Part shown: one piece after another, positions 1-13,867 of the stretch
How the letters are laid out: the number at the start of each line of letters is the position of its first letter
Position numbering within the stretch: the first letter of the stretch is position 1
NCBI RefSeq assembly: GCF_009914755.1
Contig: NC_060927.1
Strand: one strand, 5' to 3'
Origin: the human T2T-CHM13v2.0 reference genome, Homo sapiens
Length of the DNA stretch: 64,000 nucleotides
The notes under the pieces: generated by a model
Database searches by the model: none
What the model saw: the letters and a program-made list of their open reading frames with translations, nothing else
Told to the model about the DNA's origin: nothing
Position numbers and translations under genes: made by a program

Positions 1-584
1 ATATACCTTCTGTAAAAATGCTGGTTTTATGATTGGTGATTAATTGAATAATCTCTGTGAGCAAACACTCAGGAATCAAAAAATGGATTATGATACATCC
101 ACATACAGATACAGGAATAATCTGCAGCTGATAAAATAATATTTCTAAGGAATATCAATTGAAATGGGAAAGCATACATACTATTTTGCTAGGTAGAAAG
201 TATTTCTACAGATATATCATGTCATTATTTTCCTAATGTGTATGTGTGTGTGTATACACACATATATCACAAAATATTACCAGTTGAGTCCCCAAAGGCA
301 GACAATTTTGAGTGCATTTTTCTCTCTCTTGCTTCCTTTTATTTTCCAGGCTCCCAGCATTAGAATATGTTGCTTCTGAAATTATAATAATAAAATATAA
401 ACATGCAAAATGTATTAAGAGGGTTTTGTACCACCACAGAGAAAGTAATGCTAACAAAATATTTTGCTACCAGAAAAAAATTTCCCTAAATCCTCATGAT
501 GTATTTTTCTTGTATAAATTTTGGTATCCACTTTTCAGTCTGATGGGGATATTCTTTTGAGGGCTGTCAGATCTAAGCTAAAGT

Positions 585-790
585 AAATAATTACTGACAT
601 CTATAGAGTACACCCTATATGCTGGGCCCTGTTCTAAGTATTTCTTATGCTTTAACTCATGTAATGCTCACAATACCCTATGGGGTGGTAACTACTGGTT
701 TTATCTATTTTACAGATAAAGAAATTGGGACACAGAGAATGTAAATGGAGATGCAGTGGAATCAGACTCCAGAGTTCCCACTCATAAAAA
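585..790 (-). mobile_element. MIR SINE fragment
   Basis: Reverse complement of the MIR core (TTTTACAGATAAAGAAATTGGGACACAGAGA) with MIR 3' part upstream; recalled consensus. Confidence 0.75.
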
Positions 791-1154
791 CTTTTCTCTC
801 TCTCCTATCTTGTGAGGAAGGACATTTTAGGTATTACTTCATCTAGAAAGGAATGGCTCTTCAGCGAGGCAAGCAGAACTGGGAATGCAGAGCCCAGGTA
901 GGCAGGAGAAGGCTTTGACCTTCTTCTCTTTGTCTATTCATGGAGAAATTCACCTTGGGCTTTTGGGACAGTATCTAACGTATAGAAGCAAGAATGGAGA
1001 GACTCCAGCAAGCTCTTTGCCTTATGAGGTCCCTTTCATAAGGGGTGGAATACAATTTAAATGAGCTAATTGATATTTCAGGGTATGATTGCCTATAAAA
1101 TATGGGTTGTGCACTAAAATGAAGAGGACTTTGCTTTCGTAAGATTAAGAATCA

Positions 1155-1355
1155 CTGAGTTAGATAAAGTTAGACAAGTCTGTTGCAGGACTTCTCAGAG
1201 CCTTCATTACGCTTACACACATTTTAGTCTCTATGGAGTGAATACGGTACATACTGTTTCTCAACTTCTTTCAACCACAAAACACCTTTCTCATGGAGAA
1301 TCTTCTAATAGCTCCCCAAGTTATTGTTCTGTGGAACAAAGTTTGGAAACATTAG
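1155..1355. mobile_element. hAT-Charlie DNA transposon fragment (MER103-like)
   Basis: CAGGACTTCTCAGAGCCTT... and TGTTCTGTGGAACAAAGTTTGGAAAC resemble recalled MER103C consensus. Confidence 0.5.
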
Positions 1356-1950
1356 TCTCAAATAATAATACTCTCTATATTATTTCCATTCCCCCCAGCC
1401 TTCAGTGATTATTTTTAACATCCAAGCCTTACTTCAGGTGTCCTCTGAAGACATAAGAAAATGATTTGTATCTTTGTTTGGACATATTTATTAGAGGAAG
1501 GGTTGCTAAATTTGGCTTGTTACAAAGCAAAACCTAATCCATGAAGTGTTTTTGGTATGGTAAGGACTTGGAGACTCTTCTGATGACCTAAGGCCACTTT
1601 AGCTATTAATAATTTGGCAGAACCTCTGAGTCTTAGCCAAATTCCACATCCTGGCCCAGAGAAACCACTTCACATCCCCTATGGAAACATTGCCTAGTCC
1701 CTCCCAACAGTGGTCCCTGTAGGCTTGCTGGCTCTCAATTCTCAGTCCCTTCCACATTCTTTCACAGAGACTATAGGGGACTTATGGATTCCTTCTATGC
1801 TGTGTAAAAGAAAAGGGAGTATCAGGGTACCATCACCTATTCTTTCTCACTGTATATATGCCACAATTTTATTCTTACTTGGTGGCAGTTTCTCCATGTT
1901 GCCACAGGGAAACTAAGTAAGGCTACCTCCTTCCAAAGTTCCAAGTAGGA

Positions 1951-2395
1951 TGTGGAATTAAATGAAGACCACCTAAATGAGAATGAGAAGAGGCTACTCA
2001 GAGCTTGTGATAGCTAGGGAGTCAGCCACTAGCATTTGCATTTGGCAAACATGACAAGACAGGTAGGGGGGTAGGAAAGCTTTATGGCGGAAAAAAGGGA
2101 AGACTTCAGATGTACCCTGATTGGCATGGGGAAACTGTAGGTAGGCTAACTAGAAGTGGGACATCCCATGAGATTGGTTTGGGAATCATATTTGGCTTTC
2201 CATAATTAGCTCTTAGTTGAAAACAGGGGCAAAAAGTAGAGAAGTTGGCAGTCATTAATCAGGTGCAAGTTGTTCCAGGCAGATTGCTGCAGAAGTTGTG
2301 GTTTGGCTACCTGGGTAGTTCCTGTAGAGTTTGTGGGTCAGAGTTCTGTCGTCATATATGGTCTGGCCATTGTCCATTTGTAAATTCAGTGTCTT
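1951..2395 (-). mobile_element. ERV1 (MER4-group; MER110/MER90-like) 3' LTR
   Basis: Ends in CA on - strand (TG at 1951); homologous to 5080-5330; preceded on - strand by a polypurine tract (ACCAGGAGGGAAA, ~2398-2410). Confidence 0.7.
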
Positions 2396-4150
2396 GATTT
2401 CCCTCCTGGTTATTCTTTCATTTGTAAGAACCTGAAAAATTCAGAAAAGGCTAGAGATTCAGATTTTCACTGCTCAGAGACTGTTCAGTTGTCTCCATGG
2501 TCAACTGTATTGCAAGATTTTGTGGGCATCTTGTTGTATCATCATGGCAATCATCTTGATGAGACAGCAGCTACAGAATAGCATTTTAGAATCTGGACAA
2601 ACTACAACAGACTAGTATCCTGTTCACTGTGACAAAAACAAGAACAATTAGGAGTCCCTATAAGATACTTTGAAACCAGAAATCCAAATTGCCCAAACTA
2701 GACCAAGTAAGCAAATCCCAAGTCTAAATTCAGGGTCTTCCAGTTACCATATCATAGGGGGATAAATGTGTCCCTTGGGAAGTAGGCCGTATGGCCATAA
2801 ACTTCTATAGTTTTATTTTTTTGTGTGTTTACATGATGGAATTATGGTTCAATCTGTTTTTATTGAGAAATGTTTTAGGTATGGCATTTAGGAGACTTTG
2901 CTCTGGTTTTAGGGCCTTTTTTGACTCACACATTTATTGTGGAAAGAGGGATTCTGTAGATCCCTTTCTTGGTCAATTCAATTAGCTATTGTCATTCAGG
3001 ATTTAGTATTTAGCTGAGGGTTTGACCAACAAATGTACAAACTGATATAGTTCAGCTGTTCCACTCTGACACATATGCACCCAAAGGAAGTCTGAATCCT
3101 TCTGTGAATAATCCTTGTCCTTGTCTGTGCTTAAGGAAATCCTGAAACATAGCTCTTAGTTCAGCTTGTATCTGAGGTTTAACTTATGCAATTGCTTACA
3201 CACCTGGCTCAGGGATGGGATGGATCTTTAGAAGCAAATTGCATTTTGGGGTCTTGAAAGGGGGAAGAAGAAGGGAGAGTTGAAATAAGGGTAAAAGGAG
3301 AGAGATCAGAAAGATAAGAAGGAAAAGGGAGAGCTAGATACAGGGAGGCAACTGGAGGACAAGGAGGGAGAAGATTTACCAGGGAAATGAGTCTATTGAT
3401 AGTTTTTTCATTGCTTACATTTGTAATGTTGTTTATTACTTTTGGCCAAAGAATGCTTTAGTAAAACAATTTTCAAATCAGAATTTCATTTAGAAGTCTC
3501 TACATACCAATCAAAAAGTGTTGCCCATGGAGCCTGATAAATACTATTCTCTTTCTTTTCTAAGGCATTTCTCAAATAAACAATTTTGTTCAAGTCAAAT
3601 GTCCCTTATAGTGGCCATTCAAGGCCCAAATTATCATTGGTGAAGTTATACCACTTAGAGAAAGAAATAAAAGAATTATACAGCAGGAGTTTCTTCTGAA
3701 GGAAGAAAGGATTTAGACTTAAATGACTCACAAGAGCAGGCAACAGTCAGTTGAAAGCAATGCTTATGTACTTTGCATCTGAGACTCCCACCTGTTGCTT
3801 GGCTGCCTCTGAACGCAGACCTGATGGTCAGCACCTATACACAGGCAGAAAATCAAAGAGAACATGCACCAAGGAGAACATTCTCTCTGGATCAAAGCTA
3901 GGCTCTCAGAACAACAACAACAAAAATGATGGAAGGAGAACCTCATCCAGTTTTATTGGTGACTTGGCAATACTTTGTCCACATGGGGACTGGTTTGGTG
4001 AGAACTACAAACTCATTGGTCTGTGAAACCGGCTCTAACAATAGGCTTGTAGGGTCTATGCCAGTGTTCTACCTTGTGATTTGCCTTTATATGACAGACA
4101 ACACTTTTAGACAACCCTACATAAAACAGAAGCACCAAAGAGAGTAAAAA
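2396..4150 (-). mobile_element. Decayed ERV1 internal region (gag remnant joined to env TM tail)
   Basis: - strand translation gives gammaretroviral MA-like LEWPL*GTFDLNKI (~3582-3625), a Pro/Ser-rich stretch (3260-3385) and env TM-like WDLLTW...WFQSIL*GLLIVLVFVTVNRILVCC (~2604-2720). Confidence 0.7.
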
Positions 4151-4287
4151 GGGATAAAAAAAGAACTCCATCCTCTGTGTTGTTGAATTCCTCAGCTATT
4201 TATTCTCAGTTTGGTGCCTGGATTTTATTATTAGTTCCCATTTGTTTGGCATCCTTGGTGGAATCAGGCCATTCTTTTTCATCACTG

Positions 4288-5077
4288 TGTTTTGAAAGTT
4301 CCCAGCTCAATTGTTGTTCCAGTATCAGAGTGTCTAGCAGCCCTGTCCTAACGGGAAATGAAGGGGAGCTGGACGTTTACAGTGGGCTTTTCACAGGATG
4401 CCCTAATGCCTAGTTATCCAACCTGTGACCAGAGGTCCCTCACATGGGGAACTTGTTTATACTGGCAAACGCCCTTGTGGCTCCTATCTGACCCAGTTTA
4501 TGCCCGCCTGACCATCGCTCTGGCATTGGGAACCCAATCTTGTGATCTCTTTGGCATTCCGGGAAAACCCTAACTAGGACAGCCCCTAGTTCTTCAGATG
4601 GAAGGTAACAAATTCAATACACTGCCACAACAGGAAACAAGTTCAAAGGTTTTTTTTTTACTTACAGATCCTGGGCGGGGTGGGTGCAATGAGTTGGGAG
4701 GGTAGTCCTCTCTCTGTACCTGGGGTCACACGAGGCAGGTATGAAGAGTCACGCAGAGAGAGAGAAAGAGAGAGAGAGAGAAATATGTAACAACTATTAG
4801 CATGTATAAGGGAATAGGGTGTGTGGGTTACTTTGAGTTTACAGTTAAATGCCTGAAAGTTCTCTTTAAAGGAAGCTGCAGGAAAGTAGAAGCCCAGTCT
4901 GCTAGGTGGTAGAGATGCCTCTACGGTCTTATCTCTGGCCATTGGCTTGAGCCATTTTGCTGTGGCATAGAACTGGAAACTGTTTTGGGTGAGTGAGCCC
5001 TGCTTCTGACATGAGAAAGTAAAACTTATATGCAAAGTGGATGATGAGGAAAATAAAATTATGAGAATTAACCATAC
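4288..5077 (-). mobile_element. ERV1 solo LTR (LTR39-like) nested in the older provirus
   Basis: ~790 bp block matching recalled LTR39-type consensus (ends ...GCTGGGAACTTTCAAAACA on - strand); internal (AG)n at ~4755-4781. Confidence 0.6.
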
Positions 5078-5079
5078 CC

Positions 5080-5331
5080 TAGGTCATAGATGAAAGAGAA
5101 ATCTTCAGATTTCTCTGGAGGTTGCTGGCATGGGAAGCTGGCGGTGGGCATCCTAAGTGATTGATCAGTGTAGCATATTTGGCATTCCCTGGTCCTGAAT
5201 TGGAAGAGGGGGACAAAAAATAGGGAAGCTGGCAGTCATTGACCATTCCGGGCTTAGTGCTCCAGGGGTTGTGGGTCAGAATTCTCGTCATAGGTGGTCT
5301 GACCATTATCATTTGTATATTCAGTCTCTCA
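5080..5331 (-). mobile_element. 5' portion of second ERV1 LTR (same family as 1951-2395)
   Basis: Begins TGAGAGACTGAATATACAAATG on - strand; colinear homology with 2100-2395. Confidence 0.7.
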
Positions 5332-5904
5332 GGGTCTCAATGCTACTAGCCCACTCTGTTTTCAGTGGTTGCTTCAAATGCTACGTTGTTTCCATTTTCT
5401 CACTACCCTTCCACATTTCCTGTTTAAATCCTCTGGGATACAAGAGAGCGTCAGTGGATCCTTGGAAGAAGCAAATAATGTCTTTTTCTCCTCACATTCC
5501 TTCCAAATTATTCTATTGCTCTCCTGAATGAAAGAATACTTCTCTCTTTTCTTCCTGTATAATAGAAGCTTCCTCCACATTATATCCCTTTCTTCCTGAC
5601 TCTTGGATTACTATGTTCCAGATCCACTTTTTTTTTTTTCTCCTACTGTCATAATCCTGTTGGCTCTCTCTTAATGGTGGCGGTGGTAGTGGTAAAGGAG
5701 GGGTTACCAAGAGGAGAAATATCACTAATGAGCTGGAATATCATTGCAACCAGCATAGAAATTCTTTACCTCTCAAAGAAATTTTAAAATACATACAAAT
5801 TCAGGTCATCTGATTAAACAAAATGTGAATATTCAGTGTGCATGAAAGCCTCTGAATGTGTTTGAATTGTAAATGTTTGTGGATGAGCATTTTCTCTGGT
5901 GTCT

Positions 5905-6135
5905 TCATTTCTTCAGTAAGTATTTATTGGGCACTTCCTGTGTTCTAGCTTCTGTCCAGAGCACTTGGAGATATCAGTGAGCAACATAAAGACCCCTGCC
6001 CTCATGCAGCTTACATTCTAGTGAGGAAGACACACAACAAATTGTAAGCAGAGTAAGAAAGTTTAGTGTGTTAAAGGGTGATAAGTGCAATGGAATAAGG
6101 AAAATGCAGAGCTAGGGGTGGAGGATCAGGAGTGG
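5905..6135 (-). mobile_element. L2 3' end fragment
   Basis: TATTTATTGGGCACTT...CCCTGCCCTCATGCAGCTTACATTCTAGTG, typical reverse-complement L2 3' end. Confidence 0.8.
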
Positions 6136-7774
6136 AGGGGTAGCGGGCAGGTTCATCTGACTTTTTCTTTGGTGATGCCTGACTTTGCCTCTTTAATAGC
6201 AAACTTACTGCTAATACCCAGTGAATAAGATCATGACAATTAAAGTCTCCCACAGGATTCGAGGATTGTTATGAAAAAGAGGCACACTCACACGCAGGGC
6301 CCTGGTTGAATTTCTGGGCATTCCTGCTAATTTTATTAATCCTCAGCACAGCTGTAGGTGAGTCAGCTGCCACGGATCTCAACCAGTTCAGGATTCAGAG
6401 AAGCATTGTAATCTTATTTGGTTATAGAGGTTATTAACCAAGCCTAGGCTTTGTTGTAAGAACCTGATTAATAGTAAGAAAAATTGTAAGAGGAGAGAGT
6501 CACACATCAAGATTATGTAAGTCAGTAATCATGTTTCCTTCTGTAAAATAATATTTTTATTATCAGAATCTCTCAGCAGCATCAGGGACCCTTATTGGAT
6601 ACCCTAGTCAGTGAATGACAAGATTCGATTATATTTCTGCATTGTCGTTCCAAGATAGAATCAACTTTACTAAAGAAAGCAGCAAAGATTTTAAAAAGCC
6701 AATATTTAGTAGGGAAGGAATAGTTGTATAATAAAATATTAATTGTTCTAAAAAGACTCAGAGAAAAATGCCATACTTACCAGAAACAGTATTTTCCCTC
6801 CACATTTCTATTTTTATTTCTATTTAGTCCAAAATGATCTGCTTTATCAACTCAAGATAGACATATGATCATATTTTTATTTTTAAAATTAATTACTGCT
6901 GAAGAGAAGAACATTCAGAGTTTACCTTTTGAAGCTTAGTCCAGTGGCGTGCATCCTGTTTTTTCACACAGCAAGCAGAATGCATTGAACTATGTTTCCT
7001 ATTTATCTGCTGCTTCATGGTGGGGCTGTTGAAGACTGGCCTTGTGTGGTTTGGATAGCCCTTGCTGGTCTGGACCACAGTGGATCCCTGTGTTGAGGGC
7101 CAAGGTCACAGCTCTGTTTGATCACATTCCCATGCTTAAGCACTGTTCCTGGGAGACTTGCAGCCACACTCTCGGGTTCTGGGCTCCCTCTCTTTCTTCC
7201 CACTCCAATTGCAAACACCTCAGTCCTCATGTGGAGCCTATTCACAAGCTTAGCTTCCTCATTTCTCAAAGTAACTTTATTTTAGTGATCTCCTTGCCCT
7301 TCTCTGCACTGGACCTTTATTTGGTCAGGGTCACTCTGTCCAGTTGTGTAGCTGTTTGCTGCATACAGGTGTCTGGCTGGGAGGACAAATGGAGGCTGAA
7401 ATTCAGCTCATCCTCCACTTGCCAAGTGCATGCCCCTGAGTTGAGCCCACCACCTTCTAATATATCCAGCCAGAGGGTAAAATGGCCCTCATTCATAGAG
7501 AAGTGCTAGTAGGAACACTAAGTGGAGTCATTCTGCTCCTCACCAACTGGTTTTCATAACTTTAAATTTCAGGTAGCAAGGTTGGGGCATCTACCCACTC
7601 TTCATATAAATTGAACCATCTCCTCTTTACGGACCAGCTTTCAAATCTGGTAGAGATGGCCTCCATCTGATTAAAAAGGTTTTGTTTCACGAGAATTCCT
7701 CTTGCCTTTTTTACCCCAAGACTCAAGAGCCAAATACAGTGAGTGCGTACTCACCTTGCTTTTTATATAACTAA

Positions 7775-8232
7775 TGTTCCCTTAAGGTATCTGCCCAGAT
7801 CCCCTTCATCAGGCAGGCACCCCCAACCCCAGGTGCTATGAGTGTTGGTTGCTAATGATGCTCAGTTGCCCCTTTCTTTGGAGAGTTATCTTCTCGGGGA
7901 GCAGGAGCTACTTCATTCAGGAGGATCTCATCCTGATCACCCCAAATGTAGACAATGCTACTAGCCTGCTCTGGTATAAGAATGCTAAGGGCTGGTCCCA
8001 CTTGCTTCAAGATGCAATTAGTTCTATGGTGAAATTCATACTCCAGAGAAATAACTCCATGGTATCAATCCAGAGGCTAGTTTCCAGTGAGACCACATTC
8101 TTGCTCACTCAGATCCTTCCCCTGCCTCATCCTGCTCCCATCATTCCCGTTCTCCCGAGAGCATCTACTCAATAAATCCTGTGCTGGTGAATCCCTGTCT
8201 CAGGCTCTGCTTCTCAGCACCTGACCTAGAAT
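7775..8232 (+). mobile_element. LTR16-family (ERVL) solo LTR
   Basis: 3' end AATAAATCC...CCCTGTCTCAGGCTCTGCTTC...CCTGACCTAGAA matches LTR16 U5; homologous to 10494-10914. Confidence 0.65.
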
Positions 8233-8329
8233 AACAAGTAAAGAAGTCTCCTCATAGCTCTTGGAGAAAAATCTGATTTGTTTGGGGATAGCTTTCTTTC
8301 CCTGTTCCTCCTGAGAACACCATTTTCTT

Positions 8330-9637
<1,308 letters not shown>

Positions 9638-9859
9638 AACACTATTTTCTTAAGAAAAGAAAGAATGCCATGCCCTGCTAAGTGTTTTGTTTTGTTCCAC
9701 ATAGATATATATGTAGATATAGGCATATATAAGTAACAAAGCAAAATACTTTGTTTTGTAAGGGAACAAGTAGTTTTTATACATATAAGTACTTTTTTCC
9801 TCACAAATACAAGCCTATAGTATATCCTATTTTATAATTCATCCCTCAACTCCCACCTT

Positions 9860-10365
9860 GAACCTGGCCAACTTACTTTAGACTATGGTCAACTTTCCGC
9901 ATATTAGTACATACAGATTCACCTTTCTAGTAACTGTATGGAATTCCTTATTTTAACCTGTTGCCAATTCAGACTTGAAAGTGTTTGCATTTTTCAGTAT
10001 TATAATTTATGCAGAAAAGGTCATGTGCAAACATTTTTGTACCTCGTGCTAGTATTTTGGTAGCACAGAGTTCTAGAAATACAATGTATGGCTCAAACAG
10101 TTTGTATGTCTTAAACTAAGTAGAACTCCAAAAATCTCCCACCAATAGAATTTGAGAATACTTATTTCCCCATATTTTTACCAATGTAAATATTTTCAAT
10201 CTTCTTTCCTTTTAAAATTATAATTAACAAAATGTGTTTTAATTTTCACTTTGTGCATTATTGGCAAGGTTGAGCATCTTTTCTAAGTTTGTGGATTACC
10301 TGTGCTTTACCTCTGTGTGTGGACTAGTCACACCCTTTGCTCATTTTTTACTGGCTGTTTTGTCA
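9860..10365 (-). mobile_element. Old L1M (L1ME-like) fragment
   Basis: Degenerate L1 ORF2 3' motifs (CTCCCACCAAT..., GGTTGAGCATCTTTT). Confidence 0.6.
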
Positions 10366-10493
10366 AGCTGATATATCTTAAGCTGTTCCAATTCTCAGGG
10401 TATATATGACATCCCTCCCTGGCTTCCAGTGCTGCTCCTCATTTACTCTTACTTTTATCCTTTTATTATGTGACAAGGATTTAGGGAGGAAAG

Positions 10494-10914
10494 TGTAGTT
10501 GGCACTGCTGGTGCCGTTCCAGATGCCCTTTCCTGGGGTTGTGCCCCTTTCCCAGCTGGTCTAAGTGTTGGCACCTAATGGCTCATGACTGCCTCTTTCA
10601 GATAATTGCTTTCAGCTAAACAGAAGCCACCTTGCATGGGAGAATGTGCTCCAACCAGGGGCAGCAGGTAGATCATGACTGATTTACTGGGATTACAAAG
10701 GCCAGCCCCTTGCCTCAAAGGGGGATAACTGTGTGGCATAATTCATCCTTTGAAGCTCCCCATGGGCTCAGGCTGAAGCTGATCCCTTTTCAGACCACTT
10801 CCCCTTTTTTTATGCTTCTCTCCCTTCATTTTTCCTTTAAGCACCTACTCAATAATTCACATGTCCCCAGATTCCTGTCTCAGACTCTGTTCCTGAAGAA
10901 CCTAACCTAAAACA
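10494..10914 (+). mobile_element. LTR16-family (ERVL) solo LTR, complete
   Basis: TG...CA termini; U5 TCCTGTCTCAGACTCTGTTCCTGAAGAACCTAACCTAAAACA. Confidence 0.75.
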
Positions 10915-11885
10915 GGCAGTGATATAAATGCATGAGCTCAGAGAAACATCTAATATAAACATCAGGAACCATTTCTTTTTGTGTGGACAATACAAAGTGG
11001 TGTACTTGTATGACAAAATTGAATGTTTTAGTCAGTGCTGACTTAATTATCTAGCCTCATTAAAAAACAGAAATAGATTTGTGTGTAAAAAAGCCATGAC
11101 AGGATGTCATGTTGAGGTTATATAAGGCCCAAATCTGCCTAATATTTGCAGGATGGTAGAGAAAGAACCATTTGATATTCAGAGATCTTATCTAGGCTTT
11201 ATATGGTAGTCAGAAAGGCAACCTGCCCAGGAGGACATCAGAAGCCACAGACCTGCTGTGTACTCTGCACTCTGGAACTTTTCTGTACCTTGAGGACAAA
11301 AATTTTTACAGATCTCATATCTAGTCTTTACTATATTATAGTTGTCACAATATTCCTGGATATTTTTGTGCATGACATGCTTTCTGCATGTGTAGTTGAT
11401 ATGAGGCCAGGGTGAGAATTATCTTCTTTCACAAATATTAGTTGAAAACCTTGCTCACTATAAAGAAGTTTCAAACTATAGACTTGAATACAGTATTATA
11501 AGATGTACAATATACCATATTATTATGGCGCTGGATGTACCTCTTCCAATTTCAAGTGGAGAAATGTATTCATTTTTAATTCACCTTTAAAAACGTTTTT
11601 AAATTATGAAATACTTAAAGATTCACAGGAAGTTACACGAAAATGTACAGGAAGGTCCCATGCAAACTTTCACCAAGCCTCCTCTAATGTTAACATCTTG
11701 CATAACCATAATATAATATCAAAACAAAGCAATTAACATTGGTAAAAGCCACAGAGCTTATTCAGATTTCAACAGTTACATATGCACCCACTAGTATGTG
11801 CGTGTATATAGTTCTACACAATTTTATCACATATGTGGCTTCATGTAACTACCACCACAATCAAGAGATGGAACTGTACTGTTAC

Positions 11886-12450
11886 TGAGAGGTGAAGCTG
11901 GCTTGGCTTCTGGGTCTGGTGGGGACTTGGATAACTTTTCTGTCTAGCTAAAGGATTGTAAATGCACCAATCAGCGCTCTGTGTCTAGCTGAAGGTTTGT
12001 AAACAGACCAATCAGCACTTTGTAAAATGGACCAATCAGCACTCTGTAAAATGGACCAATCAGCATTCTGTAAAATGGACCAATCAGCAGGATGTGGGCG
12101 GGGCCAAATAAGGGAATAAAAGCTGGCTACCCCACAGCCAGCAGCAGCAACCGGCTGGGTGCTGAGGGTTTGTTCTTTCACTCTTCACAGTAAATCTTGC
12201 TGCTGCTCACTCTTTGGGTCTGCACTACATTTATGAACTGTAACACTTCCTGTGAAGGTTTGCAGCTTCACTTCTGAAGTCAAGCGATACCATGAACCCA
12301 CCAGAAGGAAGAAACTCTGGACACATCTGAAGGAATAAACTCCGGACACACCTTCTTTAAGAGCTGTAACACTCACTGCGAGGGTCGGCGGCTTCATTCT
12401 TGAAGTCAGTGAGACCAAGAACCCACCGGAAGGAACCCATTCTGGACACA
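11886..12450 (+). mobile_element. LTR12 (HERV9) solo LTR
   Basis: TGAGAGGTGAAG start, ...TGGACACA end, 4-bp TSD TTAC (11882-11885/12451-12454), CCAATCAGC repeats, GC box and AATAAA TATA-like element. Confidence 0.95.
12005..12090 (+). repeat. 24-bp tandem repeat of CCAAT (NF-Y) boxes in LTR12 U3
   Basis: CCAAT at 12008, 12032, 12056, 12080 (24-bp period) plus one at 11967. Confidence 0.9.
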
Positions 12451-13251
12451 TTACCACAGGACCTCTCGGTCTAGTCTTTTATAGGCATACCTGCTTCTTG
12501 TTCCACCCACCCCCATACCCAATACCTGGTAACCACTAGTCTGCTTTCCATCTCCATAATGTCATTATTTCAAGAATGTTATATAAATGGAACGAGATAG
12601 CATATAGGCTTCTTAGTTTGCCTGTTGAAAATACAGCACGATGCCCTTAAGATCCATCCAAGTTGTTGTATTATCAATAGTTTGTCTTATATGTGAGTAG
12701 TATTCCACAGTATGGAGATTCCTCAGTTTAACTATTTACTTTTGTGTAGTTTCTAGTTTTTCCATTATGAATAAAGCTGCTATGAACATTCTTGTGCAAA
12801 CTTCTGCATGAATAGAAGTTTTCATTTCTCTAGGATAGATGTCCAAGGGTTCGATTGCTGGATTGTATGGTTAGTCTGATCTTAGTTTTAAAAGAAATGG
12901 TGAAACTATATGCTGGAGTGGTTGCATCATTTTACCTTCCCACCAGCAATGTATAAATGACACAATTTCTCTGCCTCCTTGCCAGCATTTGGTGTTGTCA
13001 CTGTTTTTTTTTTTACACATTTTGGTAGGTGGGTGTGTATTGATATCTCATTATAACTCTGATTTGGATTTACTTAATGGCTAATGATAGTGAACATCTT
13101 TTCATGTGCTTATTTCCCAGCAATATTTGGTGAAATATCTCTTCATTTTTTTCCTATATTTTCTAATTGGATTGATTGGGTGGAGTATCTCTTCATTTTT
13201 CTCCCATTTTCTAATTGGTTTGTTTCCTGTTGAATGTTAAGACTTCCTATG

Positions 13252-13867
13252 TGGAATGCTTGTACACTGTTGGGAGTGTAAATTAGTTCAACTATTGTGA
13301 AAGATGGTGCAGCAATTCCTGAAAGAATTAAAACCAGAAATACCATTCAACCCAGCAATTCCATTACTGGGTGCATACCCCAAGGGATATAAATTGTTCT
13401 ATCATAAAGACACATGCACTCATATGTTCATTGCAACACTATTCACAATAGCCAAAACATGGAATCAACCTAAATGTCCATCAGTGATGGACTGGATAAA
13501 GAAAATGTGGTACATATATACCGTGGAATACTATGCAGCCATGAAAAAGAGATTATGTCTTTTGCAGGAACATGGATGGAGCTGGAGGTCATTATCCTTA
13601 GCAAATCGATGTAGGAACAGAAAACCAAGTACTGCATGTTCTCATAAGTGGAAGCTAAATGATGGGGAGACATGGACAAAGAGAGGGGGACCACATACAC
13701 TGGGGCCTATTGGAGGGTAGAGAGGGGAGGAAGAAAAGGATCAGGAAAAATAACTAATGGGTACTAGGTTTAATAGCTGGGTGATGAAGTAATCTGTATA
13801 ACAAACCCCCATCACACAAGTTTATCTATATAACAAACGTGTACCCCTGAGCTTAAAAGTTAAAAAA
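13252..13867 (+). mobile_element. 5'-truncated L1PA 3' end
   Basis: ORF 13304-13720 resembles L1 ORF2 C-terminus; degenerate TSD AAGACTTCCTATGT / AAGAGTTCCATGT. Confidence 0.9.

Noticed and set aside
4246-4266. TGGCATCCTTGGTGGAATC as a tRNA-Asn-like PBS
   Set aside because: Several mismatches, and it is on the opposite strand to the flanking LTRs
7042-7509. 155-aa ORF in unique sequence
   Set aside because: Non-ATG start, no recognisable domain, no supporting promoter or splice structure
12005-12090. Regular 24-bp repeats resembling a CRISPR array
   Set aside because: No unique spacers, eukaryotic context; these are LTR12 U3 CCAAT repeats
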